From contig NZ_JAPNJZ010000012.1 of NCBI RefSeq assembly GCF_026626765.1, positions 13,012 through 77,011 on the forward strand: DNA of 64,000 nt, in the 5' to 3' direction. How positions within the stretch are numbered: position 1 is the first letter of the stretch; the number at the start of each line of letters is the position of its first letter. The DNA comes from Corallococcus sp. bb12-1 (GTDB lineage Bacteria; Myxococcota; Myxococcia; Myxococcales; Myxococcaceae). Positions 57,421 to 64,000 of the stretch are shown here, in pieces. The translations under genes and the position numbers were made by a program. The notes beneath the pieces were generated by a model. That model saw only the letters and a list, made by a program, of their open reading frames with translations, did not search any database and was not told where the DNA came from.

Positions 57421-58413
57421 TCAGGCCGGGATGAAGGACGCCTCGCGCGCCCACGCGAGTGACTGGTCCACCTGCTCGGTGGTGAGCAGGCCGTTGGACT
57501 CGACGATCTCAATCTCCCGCCGCATGTCCGTCTCCAGCAGGTAGGGGCCGTCCGTGTTGATGGTGAACTTCACCTTACGGTCCCAGAACGTCTGCATGAT
57601 GTGCTTGAGCTCGGCCAGGTCCGCCACCGCCTTGGTGTGGATGTTGGACGTGGGGCACAGCTCCAGCGTGATGTTGTTCTCACGCAGCACCTTCATCGCG
57701 GACTCGTCGTAGGCGGCGCGGATGCCATGGCCGATGCGGTGCGGCTTGAGCTTCTCCACCGCCGCCATCAGGCCCTCGGAGCCCGTGCCGGCCGTCTCGC
57801 CGGTGTGCACGGTGCACTTGAGGCCGCCCTTGCGCGCGCGGGCGTACAGGTCCTCGTACTCCGCGAGCGCGGGCTTGTGCTCCATGGCGTCGCGCTCCGT
57901 GCCGGCCAGGTCGATGCCGTACACGCCGCGCGAGCGGTACTTGATGGCCTTCTCCACGATGATGCTGTTGAGCTTGTGGTCGAACTCGCGGGCCAGGCAG
58001 AAGATGAAGCCCACCTTCACGCCATACTCCAGCACCGCGCGGTCCATGCCCCGCAGCGCCGCGTGGATGATGTGGTCCAGGTCCAGTTCGGAGGACAGGT
58101 TGCGCTTCATCGGGTTGAAGCGCAGTTCAATCTGCGTGACGCGGCTGCCCCGGTACTCCTTGCCAATCACCTCGTACACGGAGCGCTCGATGGCGCTGGG
58201 AGAGGATTGGATCTTCTCCGTCCAGGTGTGGAGGATCTTCAGGTAGTCGTCGAGGCTGCCCACCTTGCCCGGACGGGAGGTGATGAGCTCGACGAAGTCG
58301 AAGTAGCTTTTGACCGGGAGCTTGAAGCCCTGCTGGTGGGCAATGGACCACAGGATGTGCGGAGCTACCGCGCCACCCACGTGGATATGAAGGTCGATGA
58401 GGTCGCGAACCAT
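57421..58413 (-). CDS. add: Adenosine/adenine deaminase family metallo-hydrolase
   Basis: LHIHVGGAV… zinc-binding HxH start, …CTVHTGE… and …INTDGP… motifs. Confidence 0.8.
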   Translation of the reverse strand: MVRDLIDLHIHVGGAVAPHILWSIAHQQGFKLPVKSYFDFVELITSRPGKVGSLDDYLKILHTWTEKIQSSPSAIERSVYEVIGKEYRGSRVTQIELRFNPMKRNLSSELDLDHIIHAALRGMDRAVLEYGVKVGFIFCLAREFDHKLNSIIVEKAIKYRSRGVYGIDLAGTERDAMEHKPALAEYEDLYARARKGGLKCTVHTGETAGTGSEGLMAAVEKLKPHRIGHGIRAAYDESAMKVLRENNITLELCPTSNIHTKAVADLAELKHIMQTFWDRKVKFTINTDGPYLLETDMRREIEIVESNGLLTTEQVDQSLAWAREASFIPA

Positions 58414-58449
58414 GGCGGCATGTATGCACAGCCACGGCCACGCGTAAAG

Positions 58450-59151
58450 CTATCGGCGCAGCAGCACGTACACCGCGCCCGTCCCACCGTCCTGCGGGCG
58501 TGCGCTGGCGAACGCCAGCACCAGCCGCTCCATCCGCTTCTGCGACAGCCACACCTTCATGCCCTCCTTCAACACGGGCACCTGGTCCTTGGAGTTCAAA
58601 CCGCGCCCGTGAACGATGAGGACGCAGCGCTTCTTGGAGCGCTGGCTGTCGGACAGGAAACGTTCCACGGCGCTCCGGGCCTCGGCGGCCGTCTTGCCGT
58701 GCAGGTCCAACGTGTCCTGCACGGAGAAGTCGCCCCGGCGCAGCGAGCGCAGCAGGTTGCGGTCGACGCCGGGCGCGGCGCCCTCGATGAACTCGTTCGA
58801 GTCCGCGACGTCGAAGCCGCCCTCGCCGGCGACGAGCTCCGACAGTTGGGCCAGGGCCTCCGCGTTGTCGTCGATGAGCTCCGGCAGGCGCGGGTTCGTC
58901 TTGGGGGCTTCTCCCCGGTGGGTAATCTGGTGCACGCCGTCCATGGCGGAGAAGAAGAGGCCGACATCGTCGTCCTCCGGCCGGGCCTTGGCGGCCTTCA
59001 CGGGCTTCGCGACGACCTTCTTCTTCGCGGCGGCCTCCACGGCGGCCTTCTGCTGTTCCTGCTTCTCCTGGTCCTGGAGCGTCTTGATGGCGGACTTGAA
59101 GGGGTTGTTCTGGAAGGCCGCTTCCTTCTTCTTCGGGGGCTGCTTGCTCAT
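58450..59151 (-). CDS. Smr-domain protein with Lys-rich N-terminus
   Basis: C-terminal LDLHGKTAAEARSAVERFL…CVLIVHGRG Smr signature. Confidence 0.65.
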   Translation of the reverse strand: MSKQPPKKKEAAFQNNPFKSAIKTLQDQEKQEQQKAAVEAAAKKKVVAKPVKAAKARPEDDDVGLFFSAMDGVHQITHRGEAPKTNPRLPELIDDNAEALAQLSELVAGEGGFDVADSNEFIEGAAPGVDRNLLRSLRRGDFSVQDTLDLHGKTAAEARSAVERFLSDSQRSKKRCVLIVHGRGLNSKDQVPVLKEGMKVWLSQKRMERLVLAFASARPQDGGTGAVYVLLRR

Positions 59152-59175
59152 GGGATTCCCTGGTTTCTAACCCGG

Positions 59176-60018
59176 CTACAGGTCGCGCAGCTTCCGGATC
59201 GTCTCGTAGGCGTCGCGGACTTCCTGGAACCGGCGGGCGGCCTTCTCGGCGGCCTTGGGGCCCAGCTGGGTGAACTTGTCCGGGTGGTGGGCGGCGGCGA
59301 GCTTGCGGAAGGCGGCCTTCACCTCCGCGTTGGTGGCGTCCGGCTTGAGGCCCAGGCTGGCGAAGTGGGGGGTGGCGTCGCCCAGGTACTTGCGGGCCAG
59401 GGTCTGGATCTGCTCGTCGGGGATGCCCAGCCCGTCCGCGATGCGGCGCAGCACCTCCGTCTCCGAGCGCTGCATGTGCCCGTCCGCCAGGGCCATCTCG
59501 TAGAGCGCGTCCAGGAGGCGCAGCCGCTCGTCCGCGGGGAGGGCTTCCTGGCAGGCCTTGAGCGAGGCGGGCGCTTTGAGCGAGGCGGGCTTGGCGATGA
59601 ACGCCTTCAGGTACCGGCCCACCGCCTGGACGGTGTGTGGGTCGGCGTGGAGGACCTCCTCGAAGTAGCGGCGGATCTCCCGGACCTCCTCGCGGCGCAG
59701 CTCTCCGTCCGCGCGGGCCACGTCCATGAAGAGGGCGACGATGTCGCGGTCGAGCGGGTCCTCCGGCGGGGTCTCCACGGCGCGGTGTTCCCCGGGCATG
59801 GGGCCGTCTCCCCGGGGGGCGGGGCGCTTGGAGGCGGTTGGGAAGTCGGAGAAGTCGGAGAACAGCTCCGGGTTCGAGGGGGGAGGGGCGTTCTGTTCGT
59901 CGAAGTAGTGGCCGACGGCGATGCCCGCGATGAGGGCGAGCACGATGGCCAGGGGCCCGCCTATGAGGAGGCCGACCACGAGTCCAACCATCGCCCCGAG
60001 AACTTTTCCTGCGCCCAT
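59176..60018 (-). CDS. DjlA-like co-chaperone (N-terminal TM + TerB-like domain + C-terminal J domain)
   Basis: N-terminal hydrophobic helix, TerB-like ADGELRREEV…MALADGHMQRSE, C-terminal J domain with HPD (…AAFRKLAAAHHPDKF…); start placed at MGAGKVLG. Confidence 0.65.
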   Translation of the reverse strand: MGAGKVLGAMVGLVVGLLIGGPLAIVLALIAGIAVGHYFDEQNAPPPSNPELFSDFSDFPTASKRPAPRGDGPMPGEHRAVETPPEDPLDRDIVALFMDVARADGELRREEVREIRRYFEEVLHADPHTVQAVGRYLKAFIAKPASLKAPASLKACQEALPADERLRLLDALYEMALADGHMQRSETEVLRRIADGLGIPDEQIQTLARKYLGDATPHFASLGLKPDATNAEVKAAFRKLAAAHHPDKFTQLGPKAAEKAARRFQEVRDAYETIRKLRDL

Positions 60019-60069
60019 GGCTTCGCTTCGCTCCCTTGAGTCCGCCCAGTTTTGCATAAGGTGAGCCGC

Positions 60070-60921
60070 ATGACGGCCCAGTTGATCGACGGCAAGGCAG
60101 TGGCGGCGCGCGTGCGGGCGGAAATCAAGGAGGAGGTGACGCGGCTGAAGGCGGAGCGCGGCATCACCCCCGGGCTCGCGGTGGTGCGTGTAGGTGAGGA
60201 TCCCGCCTCGAAAGTCTACGTGACGGGGAAAAAGAAGGCCGCCGAGGAGGTGGGCTTCAACTCCTGGGAGCACCACCCGGATGAGAACATCACCCAGGAG
60301 GAGCTCCTGGCGCTGGTGCACCGGCTGAACGAGGACCCGGCGGTGCACGGCATCCTGGTGCAGTTGCCCCTGCCCAAGCACCTGGACGCGGACGCCATCA
60401 TCTCCGCGGTGAAGCCGGAGAAGGACGCGGACGGCTTCCACCCGCTGAACGCGGGCAACCTGCTCCTGGGCCGGCCGGCGACGCGCGCGTGTACGCCCTG
60501 GGGCGTGATGCGGCTGTTGGAAGAGGTGGGGTGCAACCCGGCGGGCAAGCGGGCGGTGGTGGTGGGCCGCAGCAACATCGTGGGCAAGCCCCAGGCGCTG
60601 ATGCTGCTCCAGAAGGACGCGACGGTGACGGTGTGTCACCGCAAGAGCGACCTGCCGGCGGAGGTGGCCCAGGCGGACATCCTGGTGGTGGCCGTGGGCG
60701 TGCCGGAGCTGGTGAAGGGCGCGTGGATCAAGCCCGGCGCGGTCGTCATCGACGTGGGGATGAACCGCAAGGCGGACGGCAAGCTGGTGGGTGACGTGGA
60801 GTTCGCCGCGGCGGCCGAGCGCGCGTCGTTCATCACGCCGGTGCCGGGCGGCGTGGGCCCGATGACCATCGCCATGCTGATGAAGAACACGCTGGAAGCG
60901 GCGCAGCGCGCCGGGAAGTAG
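60070..60921 (+). CDS. folD: Bifunctional methylene-THF dehydrogenase/methenyl-THF cyclohydrolase FolD
   Basis: [19 protein letters not shown]… through …[19 protein letters not shown]; canonical FolD throughout. Confidence 0.9.
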   Translation: MTAQLIDGKAVAARVRAEIKEEVTRLKAERGITPGLAVVRVGEDPASKVYVTGKKKAAEEVGFNSWEHHPDENITQEELLALVHRLNEDPAVHGILVQLPLPKHLDADAIISAVKPEKDADGFHPLNAGNLLLGRPATRACTPWGVMRLLEEVGCNPAGKRAVVVGRSNIVGKPQALMLLQKDATVTVCHRKSDLPAEVAQADILVVAVGVPELVKGAWIKPGAVVIDVGMNRKADGKLVGDVEFAAAAERASFITPVPGGVGPMTIAMLMKNTLEAAQRAGK

Positions 60922-60972
60922 CGCGCGCCGTGGACCTCCCTGCCCGGTGTGAGGGCAGGGAGGCGTGAATGG

Positions 60973-61296
60973 CTAATACGGACAGACGAGGGGGCCGCCG
61001 TGGTTCTTGCAGACATCGCGCGGGATGCACCAGCCATCCGGCGTGGAGTGGGCGAACATCTGGATGCCGCTGTTGCACTGGACCTTGTCGCTGAAGACGC
61101 GACACCATCCGATGTCGACGTTCTCATCACAGCTGTCGGGTGGGGCCATGGCATGGACCCGTCCGTCTGTCGTTGAGGCTTCGGTCGACGGTGTTTCGTC
61201 TGGCTGCGTTTCCGGTACACCGGGCCCGCATGCCAGACACAGCATCCCCGCGCCCAACATCATGCCTACGGACTTCATCAGCGTCTGCCTTCGCAT
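60973..61296 (-). CDS. Small cysteine-rich lipoprotein, paralogue A (6 Cys in mature part)
   Basis: GGAGG RBS; signal/lipobox MLCLACG; mature CDENVDIGWC…CNSG…WCIPRDVCKNHGGPLVCPY. Confidence 0.5.
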   Translation of the reverse strand: MRRQTLMKSVGMMLGAGMLCLACGPGVPETQPDETPSTEASTTDGRVHAMAPPDSCDENVDIGWCRVFSDKVQCNSGIQMFAHSTPDGWCIPRDVCKNHGGPLVCPY

Positions 61297-61343
61297 GAGT
61301 CTGCCTCCGTTGATTTCAAGAATTGTCCTGCCATCCCTGCCTG

Positions 61344-61655
61344 CTACCAGTTGGGGCAGATGACGGGGCCCCGGTGGTTCTTGCAGATGTCGCGCTCGAT
61401 GCACCAGCCATCTGGCGTGGAGTAGGCATACATCTGGAATCCGTCCGCGCACTGGACCCGGCTGCTGCGCACGAGGCACCAGTCCAGATCGACGCTCGGG
61501 TCACAGCTGGTGGGCGGCGCCATGGCACGAACCTCCTGATCGGAAGTCGCGGCTTCGGCCGGCGGTGGCTGCGCCGCTTCGGGGCCGCAGGCCAGCAACA
61601 GCATTCCCGCACCGGACACCATTCCCATCCACTGTATCCGCGTCTGCCTTCTCAT
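61344..61655 (-). CDS. Small cysteine-rich lipoprotein, paralogue B (tandem duplicate of A)
   Basis: GGGAGG RBS; MLLLACG lipobox; mature CDPSVDLDWC…CADG…WCIERDICKNHRGPVICPNW; about 70% nucleotide identity to A over the Cys-rich half by eye. Confidence 0.5.
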   Translation of the reverse strand: MRRQTRIQWMGMVSGAGMLLLACGPEAAQPPPAEAATSDQEVRAMAPPTSCDPSVDLDWCLVRSSRVQCADGFQMYAYSTPDGWCIERDICKNHRGPVICPNW

Positions 61656-61816
61656 GAGGGGGCCTCCCTGGGAAAGGAAACTGCAAGCGAAGTGTAGCCT
61701 GTATTTCCTCGCTATCGCGAGACATGCGGGCGCACCCTTGGGGATGAGCGTGAGATTGGAAAATTCGCTGTCAGGAGAGGTTTTCGACGGGCGCCCCCTG
61801 GATTAAAGAGGTTGGA

Positions 61817-62752
61817 ATGATGAGCCGCGAAGAGCACCTGTCGGGAGGGCTGTATGGCCTGCTCATTGGTGATGCCCTGGGCGTCCCGTATGAGTTTCAC
61901 GGTCCTGAAAGGATTCCACCGCCGGAGGCCATCGAGTACACACCGCCCCCGGGGTTCGACCGTGCGCACGATGGCGTACCGCCCGGCACCTGGTCGGATG
62001 ATGGCGCCCATGCACTGTGCCTGCTGGATTCGCTGACCTACCAGACGCGGCTCGACTGTGAGGACCTGGGTCGGCGTCTGGTGAACTGGTACGAATGGGG
62101 ATACCTCGCCGTGGACGGTGAGGTGTTCGACGTGGGCATCCAGACGCGCAACGCGCTGGGAAGGCTCCGGGATGGTGCTCCCGCGCTGCTCGCCGGGCCG
62201 GATGGAGAGAAGGACAACGGCAACGGCTCACTGATGCGCGTGCTGCCCCTGGCGCTGTGGCACCGGGGCACGGATGCGGCGCTGGCCTCGGATGCGATGG
62301 CGCAGTCGCGCGTCACGCATGGGCACCTGCGCTCGCAGGTGTGCTGCGCGGTGTACTGCCTCTGGGCGCGCCGGATATTGGAAGGCGCGGCGGACCCGTG
62401 GACGGAGGCCGTGGCCACCTTTCGCGCTCTGTACCCGGAGGAGTTCCCCGCGCGAGCGGAGCTGGACACGCACATCCGTCCGGAGGACCTGACGCCAGGG
62501 AAGGGGAGTGGCTACGTCGTGGACTGCCTGCGCTCCGCCCGGGACTGCGTGGCGCAGGGCCGCACCTTCGAGGAGGTCGTCAAGGCAGCCATCCGGCTGG
62601 GCCACGACACGGACACCACGGCGGCGGTGGCGGGTGGCATCGCGGGCCTCCAGTACGGCCTGAAGGGGATCCCGCACCGCTGGCGTTCAATGCTGCGCGG
62701 CGAGGAGCTGGTGGAACCGCTCCTCGCCCGGTTGCTGAAGTCCGCTCCCTGA
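61817..62752 (+). CDS. ADP-ribosylglycohydrolase (ARH/DraG) family protein
   Basis: …GGLYGLLIGDALGVPYEF… N-terminal signature and …GHDTDTTAAVAGGIAG… C-terminal metal-binding signature. Confidence 0.75.
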   Translation: MMSREEHLSGGLYGLLIGDALGVPYEFHGPERIPPPEAIEYTPPPGFDRAHDGVPPGTWSDDGAHALCLLDSLTYQTRLDCEDLGRRLVNWYEWGYLAVDGEVFDVGIQTRNALGRLRDGAPALLAGPDGEKDNGNGSLMRVLPLALWHRGTDAALASDAMAQSRVTHGHLRSQVCCAVYCLWARRILEGAADPWTEAVATFRALYPEEFPARAELDTHIRPEDLTPGKGSGYVVDCLRSARDCVAQGRTFEEVVKAAIRLGHDTDTTAAVAGGIAGLQYGLKGIPHRWRSMLRGEELVEPLLARLLKSAP

Positions 62753-62761
62753 CCGCGAGCC

Positions 62762-63817
62762 TCAGTCCGGGAAGATTCCCAGCACGTCCTTCAGCATCGC
62801 GGCGCCCGTGCCCCGGGCGCCCTGCTCCGCGTTGATGATCGTGTTCACGCCGTGGAGGTCGCTGCGGAACACCGCGCCCATCTCCATCGCGCCCAGCCGG
62901 GACAGGGGATGGGCCGCATCCACGACGGTGGGCCGCACGCTCCACTCCCACCGGCCAGCGCCCAGCGGCTCCGCGCGCGCCAGCAGCAGCACCTGCCCGC
63001 CCTTCGCCCGCGCCGCGTCCTGCTCCGCGCGCGTCACGCCACGCATCCCCGTTACCGACACGTCCTTCAGCGTCGTGGGCACGCGCATCACCGCGTTGGC
63101 CAGGATGACCAGCTTGCTCGCCGTGTCCCAGCCGTCCACGTCCAGCGACGGATCCGGCTCCGCGATGCCCAGCGCCTGCGCTTCCTCCAGCGCCGCATCG
63201 TATGTCCGGCCCTCCGCCATCCGGCTCAGGAGCAGTTGGCTGGTGCAGTTCAGCACGCCCTCGAACCGGCCCAGCTTCCCCAGGGCCAGGTCCCGCATGC
63301 CCATCGTCACCAGCGGCATCGCCGCTCCCGCCGCGCCACTGAAGCGCAAGGGAGGCCGGCCCGGTGACTCCAGGTCGCTCAGCGCCGCCAGCTCCTGGTA
63401 ACCCAGCACCAGCGGCCCCTTGCTCGCGAGCACCGCTGGAATGCCCCGCATCAACGCGTCCCGCGTGATGTCCAGCCCGGGCTGCCCGTCCTTCAGGCTC
63501 GTGGGCGTGGCCTCCAGGAGCAGGTCCGCCTTCACCTCGCGCACCAGCGCCTGCCCGGTCATCCCCGGACGGCCCACCACCGGCAGCGACGCCACCGAAC
63601 ACTTCGCCCGCTTCGCCGCCAGCACCGCCGCCACGTCCAACCCGTGCGGTGACACCGCGGCCCCGCCGGAGTCCGCCATTCCCACCGGCAGCAGCTCCAG
63701 CCGGTAGCGCTCCATCAGCAGCGACGCGCGCGACTGGAGGATCTCCAGCAGGGGCACGCCCACGTGCCCCACGCCCGTCAGCAGGAAGCGCACCGTGCGC
63801 ACGGCGCGGGGGCTCAT
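62762..63817 (-). CDS. Homoserine dehydrogenase family protein (short form, no ACT domain)
   Basis: …FLLTGVGHVGVPLLEIL… NAD fold and …GVLNCTSQLLLSRMAEGRTYDAALEEAQALGIAEPDPSLDVDGWDTASKLVILA… catalytic-domain signature. Confidence 0.65.
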   Translation of the reverse strand: MSPRAVRTVRFLLTGVGHVGVPLLEILQSRASLLMERYRLELLPVGMADSGGAAVSPHGLDVAAVLAAKRAKCSVASLPVVGRPGMTGQALVREVKADLLLEATPTSLKDGQPGLDITRDALMRGIPAVLASKGPLVLGYQELAALSDLESPGRPPLRFSGAAGAAMPLVTMGMRDLALGKLGRFEGVLNCTSQLLLSRMAEGRTYDAALEEAQALGIAEPDPSLDVDGWDTASKLVILANAVMRVPTTLKDVSVTGMRGVTRAEQDAARAKGGQVLLLARAEPLGAGRWEWSVRPTVVDAAHPLSRLGAMEMGAVFRSDLHGVNTIINAEQGARGTGAAMLKDVLGIFPD

Positions 63818-64000
63818 GGCTCGAAGGCCTCGCGCACTCCGTCCCGGCGCAGCGTGAAGAGCATCCACGTCGCCACCGGCACCCCCACGAAGCACCCGGG
63901 CGTCAGTGTGTACATGGCGCAGATGGCGCCCACCATGGCGAGCCCGTACCCCTTGAGGTTCATCGCGCTCCAGGCGCCCCAGACGGCCAGCACCCCGCAG
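63814..64000 (-). CDS. 3' end of a membrane protein gene (partial), translationally coupled to the homoserine-dehydrogenase gene
   Basis: Open minus-strand frame from the window edge (…AMVGAICAMYTLTPGCFVGVPVATWMLFTLRRDGVREAFEP*); its TGA overlaps the downstream ATG (ATGA). Confidence 0.35.
   Translation of the reverse strand, partial: CGVLAVWGAWSAMNLKGYGLAMVGAICAMYTLTPGCFVGVPVATWMLFTLRRDGVREAFEP

Overview
This is a high-GC (roughly 70%) Myxococcales-type chromosomal segment, almost entirely coding, with many spurious antisense ORFs in the six-frame track. Genes I could support, by region: (1) 0.3-16 kb: a conserved housekeeping backbone dprA-topA ... trmFO ... xerC ... hslV-hslU-argD, interrupted by a MotA/TolQ + two ExbD/TolR stator genes (AglR/Q/S-like), a DksA-like zinc-finger gene, a PD40/TolB-like lipoprotein, a large EF-hand-bearing membrane protein and two small inserted genes. 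(2) 17.5-22.4 kb: a dedicated J-domain/TPR co-chaperone + Hsp70 pair, then a MaoC hot-dog dehydratase pair. (3) 22.5-28.2 kb: a giant 1905-aa secreted M36 (fungalysin-like) metalloprotease with a PA domain, about 8 PKD-like tandem repeats and a MYXO-CTERM anchor. (4) 28.8-36.7 kb: an SDR (NAD_binding_4-like) oxidoreductase, coaE, a secreted hypothetical, a tetraheme cytochrome c, engB, a large hypothetical, and a WaaL-like O-antigen ligase with a GT4 glycosyltransferase. (5) 36.7-44.5 kb: a small protein next to an ornithine cyclodeaminase-like gene, a TPR-containing Ser/Thr kinase (970 aa), and a methyltransferase / AraC regulator / flavin reductase cluster. (6) 44.5-52.5 kb: a reduced-GC island. 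(7) 52.6-64 kb: a second Ser/Thr kinase, an ELWxxDGT-repeat lipoprotein, pyrD, add, Smr and DjlA-like genes, folD, two tandem cysteine-rich lipoprotein paralogues, an ADP-ribosylglycohydrolase and a homoserine dehydrogenase. The most notable region is the roughly 44.5-52.5 kb island, whose GC is lower by my hand counts (about 50-60% in sampled 60-nt stretches against about 70-75% in flanking genes). It carries a 1385-aa STAND/NACHT NTPase with a long helical-repeat region and a C-terminal PD-(D/E)xK nuclease-like domain, a candidate single-gene antiphage/abortive-infection system with unusual domain order, transcribed divergently from an Ere-family esterase-like gene and followed by a TetR regulator with a textbook sigma70 promoter that predicts a leaderless mRNA. 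No tRNA, rRNA, CRISPR array, transposase or integrase-bounded element was seen.
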